NCBI RefSeq assembly: GCF_018350175.1
Contig: NC_058382.1
Coordinates: 55,988,001-56,052,000, forward strand
DNA: 64,000 nt
Direction: 5' to 3'
DNA from: Felis catus
Taxonomy: Eukaryota
The notes under the pieces are model-generated. The model worked only from the letters and a program-made list of their open reading frames with translations, made no database searches and was not told where the DNA came from. The translations under genes were made by a program, and so were the position numbers. Below are positions 25,403 through 37,834 of this stretch, in pieces. Numbering within the stretch: position 1 is the first letter of the stretch; every line of letters starts with the position of its first letter.

Positions 25403-25764
25403 TTATTTTTTTTCAATATATGAAGTTTATTGTCAAATTGGTTTCCATACAACACCCAGTGCTCATCCCAAAAGGTGCCCTCCTCAATACCCATCACCCA
25501 CCCTCCCCTCCCTCCCACCCCCCATCAACCCTCAGTTTGTTCTCAGTTTTTAAGAGTCTGTTATGCTTTGGCTCTCTCCCACTCTAACCTCTTTTTTTTT
25601 TTTTTCCTTCCCCTCCCCCATGGGTTTCTGTTAAGTTTCTCAGGATACACATGAGAGTGAAACCATATGGTATCTGTCTTTCTCTGTATGGCTTATTTCA
25701 CTTAGCATAACACTCTCTAGTTCCATCCATGTTGCTACAAAGGGCCATATTTCATTCTTTCTCA
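25403..25764 (-). mobile_element. 5'-truncated felid L1 (ORF2 end + 3' UTR + polyA), 362 bp
   Basis: Cat-type 3' end TTTATTGTCAAATTGGTTTCCATACAACACCCAGTGCTCATCCCA; perfect 19-bp TSD TTTCAGGCCAGCCACTTTA (25384-25402 / 25765-25783). Confidence 0.95.
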
Positions 25765-25934
25765 TTTCAGGCCAGCCACTTTAAATGTGAACGAAGAAGT
25801 GAATCAAAGGTATTTTTTCCCATTTGAAAGAAGAGTGTTATTGCTTTAGAAGAAATACGGGTTGTTTTTGGCTTTTACCATTAATTGTTAATTTCATTTA
25901 TGAGTGAAGCTATCCCATCAAAAATATGTTATTT

Positions 25935-27120
25935 ATTGTATATGTAAACTATATCTTCTTTATCCATTCATCAGTTGATGGACAGTTAGGCTCTTTCCAT
26001 AATTTGTCTATTGTTGAAAGTGCTGCTATACACATTGGGGTACATGTGCCCCTATGCATCAGCACTCCTGTATCCCTTGGGCAAATTCCTAGTAGTGCTC
26101 TTGCTGGGTCATAGGGTAGTTCTCTTTTCAATTTTTTGAGGAACCTCCACACTCTTTTCCAGAGTGGCTGCACAAGTTTGCATTCCCACCAACAGTGCAA
26201 GAGGGTTCCCGTTTTTCCACAGCCTCACTAGCATCTGTAGTCTCCTGATTTGTTCATTTTAGCCACTCTGACTGGCGTGAGGTGGTATCTGAGTGTGGTT
26301 TTGATTTGTATTTCCCTGATGAGGAGTGACGTTGAGCATCTTTTCATGTGCCTGTTGGCCATCTGGATGTCTTCTTTGGGAAAGTGTCTATTTATGTCTT
26401 CTGCCCATTTCTTCACTGGATTATTTGTTTTTTGGGTATTGAGTTTGGTAAGTTCTTTATAGATTTTGGATACTAGCCCTTTATCCAATATGTCATTTGC
26501 AAATATCTTTTCCCATTCCACTGGTTGCCTTTTAGTTTTGTTGATTGTTTCCTTTGCAGTGCAAAAAGCTTTTTATCTTGATATAAGGTCCCAGTAGGTC
26601 ATTTTTGCTTTTAATTCCCTTGCCATTGGAGATGTGTTGAGTAAGAAATTGCTGCGACTGAGGTCAAAGACATTTCTGCCTGCTTTCTCCTCTAGGGTTT
26701 TGATGGTTTTGGAATACTACCTGGCAAAGAGAAAAAATGAAATCATGCCTTTTGTAGCAATGTGGATGGAATGGAGGGTATTATACTAAGTGAAATAAGT
26801 CAGTCAGAGAAGGACAGATATCATATGTTTTCACTCATATGTGGAACTTGAGAAACTTAACAGAAGACCATGAGGGAAGGGAAGGGGGAAAAATAGTTAC
26901 AAACAGAGAGGGAGGGAGGCAAACCACAAGAGACTCTTAAATACAGAGAACAAACTGAGGGTGGATGGGGGTTGGGGGAGAGGGGAAAATGGGTGATGGG
27001 CATTGAGGAAGGCACTTGCTGGGATCAGAACTAGGTGTTGTATGTAAGCCAATTTGACAATAAATTATATTTAAGTAAATAAATAAAATAAAACAAAATA
27101 AAATAAAATTCCAAAAAAAA
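25935..27120. mobile_element. 5'-inverted, truncated felid L1 (inverted ORF2 piece 25935-26709 on -, 3' end and polyA 26710-27120 on +)
   Basis: Minus-strand ORF2p peptide; orientation switch at about 26710 to GGAATACTAC..; AATAAA and A-rich tail at 27059-27120. Confidence 0.92.
25949..26521 (-). pseudogene. Disrupted L1 ORF2p C-terminal (cysteine-rich) coding fragment
   Basis: ORF track peptides [29 protein letters not shown] and [33 protein letters not shown] are L1 ORF2p motifs, split by an in-frame stop at 26228-26230. Confidence 0.93.
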
Positions 27121-27186
27121 ATTATGTAAAATGCTGAGAGACATACTAGAGGAAATTATTTCATTTAAAATCTTTGTAAGTGAATT

Positions 27187-27216
27187 GTGTATGTGTGTGT
27201 GTGTGTGTGTGTGTGT
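27187..27216. repeat. (TG)n microsatellite
   Basis: Seen directly. Confidence 0.9.
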
Positions 27217-27717
27217 ATAAAATCTCATTTTTCTAAGACCCCCCCCCCCAAAAAAAATTCCAAACTTGGTTTTGTAAGATTTTTACTTTGAAGAATGGTT
27301 CAACTTGCATAGAAGTTGCAAGAGTGGTACAATGATCTGAGGTATTCCCAATTGCTTTGTGTTTTTATTTTGTATAATCTAGACTTTGGTGACTGCTTAT
27401 AACAAGTTAACTCCCTGCAATATTAAAATAATTATTAGGGGCCAGTTATATGATTACAACAGCCCTATCACCTGCATTTTTGTATCCCTGATAGTGGAAA
27501 TTGATATGTAAATAGTAGATACTCATTATATGTTGTTACATTAACTTAGTTCTCTATGCCAGGCATTTTCCAATAGAATGTGATTGACTCAAAAAGGTAG
27601 AAAATATGCTCCCTCCATGGAAAGACTTTATTTCCAGTGGGGCTGTTTAATCAGAATGAAATGTTGTGCCATGGATAACTGCCTTGACCAAAGAGATGGG
27701 TTCTTTTACCATGGGGA

Positions 27718-28020
27718 GCAAGCTGGTTCTCAGACCAGCAACATCAGCATCACCTGGCAACTGGGTAAAAATGCAGACTTTCAGGGCACCTGGTCGCTCA
27801 GCCCATTAAGCATCTGAGTCTTGATCTCAGGTCAGGTCTTGATCTCAGGATTGTGGGTTCAAGCCTCTCACTGGGCTCTGCACTGGGTGTGAAGCCTACT
27901 TAGAAAAAAAAAAAAAAAAAAAGACAGACTCTCAGACCCTACCTGAAGCCTAAAATTCATGAGTCTGCCTTTAGCAAGATGCTCAGGTGATTTGTATGCA
28001 CTTTCATATTTGAGGAATGT
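27718..28020 (+). mobile_element. hAT-Charlie MER5-like element interrupted by a SINE
   Basis: GGTTCTCAGACCAGCAACATCAGCATCACCTGG..AAATGCAGA..TTTAGCAAGATGCTCAGGTGATTTGTATGCAC..TTTGAG. Confidence 0.7.
27784..27918 (+). mobile_element. Short old-type Can-SINE lacking the CT tract
   Basis: GGGCACCTGGTCGCTCAG head runs directly to GAAGCCTACTTAG and polyA; degenerate TSD AAAAATGCAGACTTTCAG / AAAAAGACAGACTCTCAG. Confidence 0.85.
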
Positions 28021-28106
28021 TTGTTCAGGTAGGTTTGGTTTCTTCTTATATACCCTTTGGGTATAAAGGATTTTTTTTCATATATTGGGAGACTTATTTT
28101 TTAGTG

Positions 28107-28283
28107 TAGTGGTTCTCAAAGTATGGTTCCCAAAGCATCAGCATCAGCATTACCTGGGGCTTGTTGGAAATGCAAATTCTTGGGTTCCATCCCAAACCCT
28201 CTGAATTGGAAACCCTGGAGTAGCATGCTATCATTTAACAAGTTCTTCAGGTAATTCTGATGATCGGAGTTTGAGAATCACTA
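28107..28283 (+). mobile_element. hAT-Charlie MER5A-like element
   Basis: TIRs TAGTGGTTCTCAAA / TTTGAGAATCACTA (13/14); internal CAGCATCAGCATTACCTGGG..AAATGCAAATTCTTGGG. Confidence 0.85.
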
Positions 28284-29394
28284 TTTGATACTAACTAGAC
28301 CTGAATTAGTTGTTTGAATTGAAAGCTCAGAGGCTTTGAAACCATTTACAAATTAGTGTCCCTAAAGATGTTTTTCAAAAAAATGTCTAGATGATGCAAA
28401 TGTTTTGAATTAGGTCAACTCTCAGGATTTAGGAATAGCATAATATTGGTATTCCAAAGACAAAATTGTAATGATCTTTCCCACTTGTTTTTCTCCGAAT
28501 AAGTGAAAAAAGACTATATTCACGACAGCAAGCCATGTGTTTATACCAGGCAACATTTATCTTTTTAAAAACTAAGGCATGACTTCACAAAGTCGAGAAT
28601 ACCTGAAAAAGTGTGGGCTCAAGTTGAAGAAATACATTTCACATGACTTTTCCTTTATTTTGCAAATGCAGAAAAATCCATCTATATGTCCTTTGTGGGT
28701 CCAGAATTTTCTGCTCTGTTCTCTGTGTTCCAGTGTCCCCTATCTGAGAGAGCAGCTGGTTTGTAATATATGATTCACTGGCTTTAAGTGTCATAGCTGG
28801 GGGCTCTACTAAGGCCTTTGATGCTTCTCCCTGGTGTGACGTACAACTACTAGGAAACGAGACTGGATCCATAAACCCCCGCAGGAAATTAGTCTCATTA
28901 CCGCAACCAAATTCATGTTCCCATCCAGAAGACGGCTTCAGCTGCAATTGCACATGGCAGTTAATTTACTAAGCAGAGTGTGTTTTGCTTGGTATTGGCT
29001 TTTATTCTGACTTCCAGGACAAGATGATCGCCTGTGTCCTTAATTGTGTGTGCAATTTGACAGTTAAAATGGGCTTTGAGTAATCTCTGGGCAGTGCCAT
29101 CAGCAAAGAGGAAATTCTTCTCTGAGTTGCACTTTGAATCCATGTGACAGAGATCAGTTTCTCCTCATCGTCGTCCTCCTCCTCCTCCTCGGACTGTGAC
29201 TTCAGTATGAGTCAGCAAGGTGATTTGTATTCATCAACTCTAAACTCTGTTAATAATTGTGCACTGTATGAAAGTGAGGCATGTGAGTCCCTCTGTGCTT
29301 GCCACAGGTCAGAATCTATGTAGAGAATTAGGGCTTATCTACAAGCCTAAGTGTAACAGATGGTCCTCTCTACGGGGCCAAGATGGTAGAAGAC

Positions 29395-29920
29395 GTGTGA
29401 GCTAGACTACAGCTACTTTTTTGTTTGCCCAGCACCTTCTCCTTCCTGCTAATGACCATTTCAAACAATTCTGCTTGAACTTTCAAATGTGTGTCTCTGT
29501 CATCCCAACAGATACCTACACAAAGCTGACCAATCAGATCTCTAATTGTCTGGGCTAGGTGATTTGTCTAGAGACACATTTATGACACACATAGGGCAGT
29601 TGAGAGTTCTTTGGGGGATGTAATTTGAATGTTGCAGAGTTGGCTATTTTCACTCCACAGAAATAATTAGTTCCAAAGCCTAGGTGAGCCTCGCACTGTA
29701 GGATCCAACTTTCTTCCACATGGATGCAATGAGTTGGATAAGGAGCCCCACAGAGACAAGATATGGAGAGAGAATAAAAAGAGAGAAGGAGTGTTCGGAT
29801 TCTTGGATCCAGTTGTACCTAAAGTTTATCCCTAGGAATTCCTGGTTACATGTGCCAGTACCTTCTCTATTTGCTTAAACAAGTACAAGTTTATATTACA
29901 TTCAAAGAGGCTTAACTCAG
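29395..29920 (+). mobile_element. ERVL-MaLR solo LTR (MLT1K/L-like)
   Basis: GCTGACCAATCAGA..CTTGGATCCAGTTGTACCTAAAG..GTTACATGTGCCAGTA..TTGCTTAAACAAGT. Confidence 0.6.
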
Positions 29921-30294
29921 GAAGCCCAGAAATCCCCTGTATGAGGAATTGTTTAGAGACTGAGTTAACCTTCACTGAGAGAAATGAGGCTTGATGGTGG
30001 CAGGGGTGGAGCAGGAAAACTCACTTCAAATGTGTCCAGGTTTAGAATGTGGAAGAAGGGGTTCATTTGTTCTTAACCCTTCTGGGAAGCAGGACCGAGC
30101 GAGATCATGGCTGAGCAAGGGCAGAAGCAAGGGCGGGACAGACATACAGATCTCAGCTTCATGAAGCCCAGGTGTCCACTCCAATTCTGCCACTGTCCAA
30201 CTTTGTTCAAGTCAGTTAACTTTTCAGAGACTAAATTTCTTCTTTTATGAAACAGTCATGATATTCTCTACCTTATCTTTCTGTGTCAAGCAAA

Positions 30295-30900
30295 AGTGCT
30301 ATAATAAATATTTATTGAGTATCTAATATATGTCAAGCACTGTAATAGGGATTATGGGCCCAGGGAGGAACAAGGAAGACAAAAATCCATGCCCCCTTGT
30401 GGGGCTTTGAGTCTATAGGTGTTGGCAGTGAGATGGATTATTAATGAGTGCCACAGTCATGCCTGTGAATGTAGAGCTGTCACCATGATGAGGGTAAAGG
30501 AGAAGTATGGAGGTTGTGACAGCCTGTTGGGGGTGGGGACAACTGCCCAGTCACGGGCCATGGAGAAGTAAGTCACACCTGAGCTGAGACCTGAAGGGTC
30601 AGGAGGAGTTTAAGGGCCAGGGAAATGTTCTGGAAAAGGGAATAGCATGTGCCAAGTTGCTGTGACATGAAGAGATAAAAGGAATCCAGAATGGTTGAGC
30701 TGGAGTTCCTGGGGAGAGTCTGGTATAGATGGGGTTGGAGAGGTAGGTGGGCAACAGATCCTGAAAATCTTTGGAGGCCGAATCAGGGGGTTTGTGTCCA
30801 GTTAAAAAGAAATGGAAAGCCAAAGGAAGCTTTAAGTAGAGGTGGGCATGTTTGTGTTATTCTGGTGACTGGTAGAGAACAGGTTGAAGTGGGGGGATGG
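30295..30900 (-). mobile_element. L2 LINE 3' region
   Basis: AAATATTTATTGAGTATCTAATATATGTCAAGCACTGT..TGAGCTGAGACCTGAAGG..GGGAATAGCATGTGCCAAG. Confidence 0.75.
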
Positions 30901-32681
30901 GGCAAAGGAGATGCGGGAGTATGCGTTATTCGAGAAATATTTATAAGATTACATTGAAAAGCATAGACATTCCACACATGCATCAACAGCACCATGGTGA
31001 TGATGACGATGGCTGCTTTTCACCTGAGAACCTTATGTTGATAACTCATTTACTCCTCAAAACAATGCTCTGAGATAGGAGCTATGTTATAGATCAGGAA
31101 ACTCAGCCTAAGTTTGTAAACTGCTTAAAGTCATATACAAAATAGAAAAACTGGGACTAGAGACCAGGATGATGCAGTTGCTGTAAATAAGAGCCTCTAT
31201 TCTTGAACCTCCTTAAAATTAGTATTTTAATTATTTGCATAGTCCACTCGACCAGATCATTTTTTCTTCCCTTCTCTCTCTCCATCTCTTCCTTCCCTCC
31301 TTCTCTCTCTCTCTCTCTCTCCCTCCCTCCATTCCTTCTTTCATTTTTGCCATCACCTAACAGACAGCCAGACCCATCAAAGGTGCTCAATGGTATATTT
31401 TGCAACGACTGATTGAAAGAATGAGCGTGTGCTGAAGTAAGGACTCCCTGTCCCTAGAAATAGGGAACTGAAGGCCAGCAGGCTTCTCTTCCGGCGTTCT
31501 GAGGAGAGTGCCCTGGCTTGGCTCAAAGATCAGATTAAGAATCCTCAACAACCTTTCACTACTAACAGTCCTTGGGGGTACTCCACCAAAAGGAGACTCT
31601 CTTTCTAATTACCTGTGTGTGATTACTGGATGGCAGAAGTTAAGCTGAGTGAGTGGAGTCTACCTCCAAAGGCAGCACTGCTCTAGGGGGCAGTGGTAAA
31701 CAGAAATCAGGAGGCAGATGGTTATGGAGCAGGGGTGTGTGTCTGTGGCCAGAAATAAGAATATCTTTATTGCTGAATAAGGAAACAAGCCAGGTGCTGA
31801 TCTAAATGAGCAGACGTTTCCTGAACAGTCAGGAAGGATGTCTGGTCTTTAATTTGTTTTTTGAAAAGCCAACCTCAGAGAGTTGGACTTGAGTATTTGT
31901 CTCACCCAGCCTCCATCTTGATCATGTGGTTCACTGCCCACTCTCTCTTTCTTGGGGAGCCTGTGGTTATTCCACTTGTGAAGCCATGGAAGAGATTCTT
32001 CTCCTCTTGCTCGCCCCTTCATGTCTGAGTGTTACCAGACTAATGATCTGACATAGGACTAAAGAAGGCTCCAGGGACTTGCTGGAAAGTGGAGTTCAGT
32101 TATGGTTACAGTTGTCTTAAGAATGTCTTCAGATGGAAAAGGAAGGCCTTAAACAGCAGTACTTCTGAGTTTTTTACAACAAAAGGAGAAACATGTCTCA
32201 AAGAATGCTTCCAGCAGATCAGGATTGAACAGAACAGTAAGAAGAAATTCTCAAAGTCTAGTTGAAGCTTGTTAACATTGCAAGAGACGGACTTAAGCTG
32301 CCTCCTTGTCCCCAAAGCACAGGCAAAGACTTTGATTTTCACTTTTCTGTTATGGTTGAGTGCATTCTTTTGGCAAATACTAGTTGAGTACTTTTAATCC
32401 TAGAATTGGTCACTTAAACAAGTATCTTCAAATATTCCTCATTTAGATGCGTAAGTCTCAAACCATAACAGTGATGGAATGAGAGATAGCCCGTGGTGAT
32501 TTGCAAAGGTAATGGGGCTGGTACTCAGCCAACTCAACTGGACTTTTCTCCTCTTCCCCTCTTCCTGAGCATATTTCTTGTTTGTTGCTTAATCGTATCT
32601 GACCTTCAACATGTGCTGTTACATACAAAGCCAGGTGTGTACCAACTGGTGTCACCACGACAGATAAAAGAAGTTCACTGT

Positions 32682-33226
32682 GAGGAATGGCTTTATGGGT
32701 ATATGGCATGTGCAATTGCATAGGTCCGTGTGCTCAGAAGGGGGCCCCATGTTTGGGGTTAATGCTTTGTGGTCACCATCTCAAAATTCTTAATAGATTT
32801 TTTTCTTTGTCTTTTTGTTTTGTAAATGAAATCCAATAGGACAGTGGAGCATGATCTGGGGCTTGGGGCCTCGTTTTACCAGCAGCCCCACTTCCCACTG
32901 CCTACTCATCACCCTGAGAGGAGTTCTTGGCTACCTGCTCCCTGAGGTGTCTAAGTCCTGATTTGTATCCCAGGTAGCACTTCAGCACCTCACTCCCACC
33001 ATTGAGCTCTGGGGCAGGCAGGTTCACTGAGGCATATGCGCCTTAGGGCAGAGCTCCAGGCACCCTGGAGGTTAATACTCACCCCATGAATATCCTGTGC
33101 CTGAGGGAGCACAATAGGTTCAGAGAGAGACTGTGGAAAAAAAGGAGAAAGTTTGCTTGTGTTTTGAAAGAGAGACCCCACATTTTCATTTTGTGCCTAG
33201 CCTTGCAAATTATATGGCTGTCCCTG
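32682..33226 (+). mobile_element. hAT-Tip100 MER45-like element
   Basis: GGCTTTATGGG..TGTGCAATTGCATAGG..GCTCAGAAGGGGGCCCC..AAATTCTTAATA at the 5' end; CCCCACATTTTCATTTTGTGC..GCAAATTATATGGCTGTCCCTG at the 3' end. Confidence 0.7.
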
Positions 33227-34048
33227 GTTATTATAACCCTTTATGTTTATCAGCACAAGAATCCTTGAGTAGATGAGAAATGTGGATCTGCCATGAGTAT
33301 GAGAAATCATTCTCTAGTCTAAATGCATAGAAACTGGCCCCTGGGCCAGCATGGCTCTCAGCTGGCATGCTTATTGATTGTATCTGTCTTCCAGAAAGAT
33401 ACTGGCTAAAGCACTATCAAATAATGACCACAGCTAACCATCTGAATATTCCTCTAAAAATTCTGCTGCCAAATTTGGCAAAAACAAGATGATGGCTGGC
33501 TGAAATTAACAGAATGTCCCCCAAAGCAGCAGGATGGGAAACAAGTGTGTTATTTACAGTATAAACTAACAAGGCAGGCCCATGACAATTGATACATGCC
33601 CCTCCTCTCCACCAGATCTCTTCTCATTATGTAAATAGGATGGCCTGAGGTGAGAGAACAATGAATGGAATAATAAGTAGAAATGTAATGGAGCTAATAG
33701 TGTATTTCTCAGGACTGTCAACTTCTGTTCAAAGATCCTGGCGATGAAGGATAGAAAGTCAAGTGTAGAAAAGAAATCTTTCTCTGTTCCTGCTTTGGTG
33801 TGCTGCCTCTTCCCTCCACCCCTCCCTTACCCCCCACACCCCTTGTGTCTAGAACAATTTCCTCTGCAATCCTTCACTTTCTAAATGACTTAGCCCAGAG
33901 TCTTGTATGGATACATGCACATTTCTTGATTGGTTAATGCAAGACTAAACTGATGTGAGCCCTAACACTAAAAGATCTGATGTGAAAATGTCATTTGAAA
34001 ATGTCCAATTCTCAGTCATTGGTTATTCATTTGAAAGTAGCAAATGTT

Positions 34049-34245
34049 GGGGTGCCTGGGTGGCTCAGTCAGTTAGGCGTCCAACTCTTGATTTCGGTTC
34101 AGGTCATGATACTACTGTTCGTGGGTTCAAGCCCAGAGTCAGGCTCTGTAATGACAGTGCAGAGCCTGCTTGGGATTCTCTCTCCCTCTCTCTCTGTCCC
34201 TCCCCGACTCCTGTGTGCACTCTCTCAAAATAAATAAACTTAAAA
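34049..34245 (+). mobile_element. Can-SINE
   Basis: Perfect 15-bp TSD AAAGTAGCAAATGTT (34034-34048 / 34246-34260). Confidence 0.95.
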
Positions 34246-34394
34246 AAAGTAGCAAATGTTTACTCAAATTCAAGGAAAACAGGATTCCTGGGAGGACACA
34301 GGCAGGAAGTTCAGCTGGGCCTTCCAAAGGACCTGGGAGGCCGAATAGTGGGTCCCAGGGAGATGGGCATCTCTCTCCAGAGATGTCTAAGTCC

Positions 34395-34745
34395 CAATTT
34401 TTTAGCATTTGCTCTTTTCCATGCTAAGTACTTCTGCCGTGGCTGATTTCAAATGACCAACATGGCATCACTGAAGGCGGAGTTGAGAAGAGATGAGTAA
34501 TTCACCCCATTAGATAGAATTTCTTCCACATAGATACAACAGGCATAAGTCACCTTAAGAGCCTACATCCTGGTATAGTAAAATAATTAATAAATGACAC
34601 ATTTTGATTATTTGTTGTCTTTGCTTTTAAGGTAATTTATTAAACTAGGATCATATAATTTATTTTTGTTAACATCTATGTTTATTTGTAACAACTGGTC
34701 CACGAAATTCCTGATTATTTACCAGTGAACTCTTGGGAATGGTAT
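34395..34745 (-). mobile_element. hAT-Blackjack MER63B-like element
   Basis: GGCTGATTTCAAATGACCAACATGGCATCACTGAAGGCGGAGTTGAGAAGAGATG..CGAAATTCCTGA, the reverse of the motif at about 10045-10100. Confidence 0.65.
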
Positions 34746-36585
34746 ATTCTGTCTTCCATACATCATTGTTTCTTCCTTATGGGGTCAGGGGAGCAGCCTT
34801 TGTGAGCAGAAGGCAAAATCAGAAGAGGCTATGGGCGTTGAGGGAAAAGACTGGCAGAAGAAACAAATACCTGGAAGTTCCAGTTCAGCCTCCCCACAGA
34901 TACTTTATTTTGACATAATTCAACATTAATACCTCCCTATCAAAAAAAAATTCAGGTCTGTTCTAGTCCTTGTTTTCCTTTTACTTCTTTAAACATCTCT
35001 TATCTGGCATTTGGTCTTATCTTGGGACATCATTTAACCTCTCTCTGATGACAACACCCAAATTTAAGAATTTGGTACTATTTCCATGCTGAGGTATAGA
35101 CCTGTATATTGAATTAGTTCTTATATATCGCTGCATGGACCCTTCACTCTCAAGGCATCCAAATTCAAGGCATCCAAAACAATCCTTGTCTCCCTCTAAA
35201 AACAGTCTTTGTAATCAAATGACCTTTCCTCCAAAGGTAGGAATAGACTTTGAGTCTGATGCCAGTTTTGTCACCTTGGGCAAGGTTGATTCTCTCTGAT
35301 CTCAGTTTTGCCATCTGATAAATGGGCTTGACTTTGATTACTGGTCTTTAAGACATATTATACTGCTTCTGTGAGTCCACCTCAGAAGCTATCCAAGCAT
35401 CAAGAGAAGAGGGGCTCTGGTGGAGTCCCGGGCCCCTCATTCTCCTTTCAACCAGGAACACTCCTCTTTCATGCTGTTCGTATGTTGAAGTTTCATGAAC
35501 TGTTTCTTTTATGAAACCGTTATTCAGGAAATGTTGTGAATCATTGAATTAGATGACCTCTTAAGTCCTCTCCAGGTCTAAGTATTCCATGATTTTTCAG
35601 TTCACACTTAAGCTTCTGGTGGCTTCAAGCTAATGGGATGGCAGGTCAAGATTGTAGGTCTGTCTGTTGCTGTCTATACTTCGTGGCATGGGGAGAGGGG
35701 TGTGAACCCCCTCAACCCTGATCATCAGCTATGGTAACTTTAATGCCTCCTTTTGATTCTCATTTAGCATTCTGCAAAACCCTTTTATGTCCATTTCTGC
35801 CCCAGGGTTCTAAAACCTAAATTGTAACATTCCATGCTCCTTCGTGCTTATCGTTCTCAAATACAAATGGATGCTTAATTGATAATCCTTGCTGGATGAT
35901 GAACAAATGATTGTTGAATGAAAGATTGGATGAAGATTGCCAGGGAAAATTCCCTCTTTTGAATTAATCTCCGTTGCCGCATTAAAGAAGCGTGTTGTTG
36001 AATTGGCTTTTCTAACCAGCTTCCTACTTTCTGGAAAAGAGGTAAATTTCTTGTGGAATTGTTTCAGGTTCCTGAGAATTGCCATGGAACATACATTTTG
36101 CTTTCACCAGTTCTGAGCATTATCAGACAGAGACGAGGCTTTTGCACAAAGGGAGGCATTAAGCTATTCCCTATTCAGGGTTGCTGGATCAATATTGTTA
36201 TCATTTTCTTTATTTATTAATTTATTTAGATTTCTAAGCATCTCTACCTTTTCTTGTGTGGGTGATATGGCAAAATGAAAAACAGCTTCCACAGACCTTT
36301 GCTATCTAGACTCTCAATAATGATCTCTAAAAGCCAACTCATTTTATTTGCATCCTTTTATTAATAATACAAAAAAACCCCCCAAACCTCCACTACTGCT
36401 CGTCACAGTCAGTGGGCACTTCATGAGCCAAAAGTGCATAGGAGGTATTTTTGTTTCATTATTGGGTTTCTGTAACTGAAATTATGTTGTGAGAGCAATC
36501 ATGTATTTTAAGGAGAAACTCGAACTGATGTGGTAGTTTCAAAGTCCTCATTACTATAATCATGGAAAACAAATTCGTTCGAAGT

Positions 36586-36586
<1 letters not shown>

Positions 36587-36622
<36 letters not shown>
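36587..36622. repeat. (TG)n microsatellite
   Basis: About 17 units seen directly. Confidence 0.95.
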
Positions 36623-36624
<2 letters not shown>

Positions 36625-37615
36625 ATATAAATACACAAGCGTGCACCTACGTTGGCATGGACAGACCTGATACCATATATGCAGGCATTCTCTTTGTTTC
36701 AAATCCAGTTGGTCCTGTTGGGACCATACAAACCATTAGCCACTGGCTGCAACTCTCCTGCATCTTCCCCATTTCTCTGATGCTTGAGGCTTACCTACAA
36801 GGCCTCCAGGGGATGTGGCCTTTACATTCAGCCCTAAATGATGGCTCATGGGGACAGAGCATTTACAAGCCTTCCTTCAGACCCTCTAGTTAGATGGCAG
36901 TGATTGCATTAAGAGAAAACCAGGGAATAACAAAGAAAACCGCTTAAGCAAGTTATGTTTGGGAAGATTAGAGAAGGGAGTGCACAGAAGGATTAATTTG
37001 AAGTCTCCAAGGAAGCAATCTTGTTCAAATAATAGTTTTTCTTGTAACCATATTTTCTCAGGTTGGTTATTTCTGATGGGGTCTCCAATTTTCTGAAATC
37101 TTTTAAAACTTAGATACTAGCTTCTTTCCTTCAGTTGCCTTATTCCTATTTTTTTCATCCTGGTGCAACATCTATTTGTTTATTCAGTCCATTGTTCATT
37201 CACTCATTCATTCAACTGACATTTACTGGTAATTGCTATGAATACAATCTCTGACTTCAAGATATGGGGCAAAAGCAAACCAAACCGAAGCCACACTCAC
37301 TGGGACTCCATTGTAGCAGGGTTGACTGTTAGGGGGTATGGGCATTATGTGGCCCTAGTGGGTGTTTAGGCATTGGTTCTGATTCAATGCCTTGTTAAAT
37401 GTACCGCATGCCAAAATCATGGTGAGTCATGGTTAGTGGCATGAGTACAATGAAGAAAACATGGAATTGCAGCTGAAGCTCAGAGATGGGCTAGGAAGAC
37501 TTTATGAGAGTGTTTTTGGTGGGGAAAGCCAGTTGACTTGAGCCAAGGCAGTCAAGCAAGTGACGTTTCCAAATTTAACAATGTCCATGACTTAGTTTAA
37601 AATGTTCAATACTTA

Positions 37616-37738
37616 GAGGCAGCTGGGTGGCTCAGTCGGTTGAGTGTCTGACTCTTGATTTTGGCTCAGGTCATGAACTCAGGGTTGTGGGATTGAGCCC
37701 TGCATTGGGCTCCATGCTGAGTGTGAAGCCTGCTTGAG

Positions 37739-37787
<49 letters not shown>

Positions 37788-37834
37788 CTCTGCCCTTCTT
37801 CCCTGCTTGCATAAGCTCCCTCTGTATAAAATAA
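37616..37834 (+). mobile_element. Can-SINE with expanded (CT)n (37741-37784)
   Basis: TSD TAAAATGTTCAATACTTA (37598-37615) / TAAAATGTTCAATATTTA (37835-37852). Confidence 0.92.

Noticed and set aside
35150..35178. 15-bp tandem duplication TCAAGGCATCCAAA (also an 11-bp one at 40266-40287)
   Set aside because: Ordinary slippage duplications in or near old repeats.
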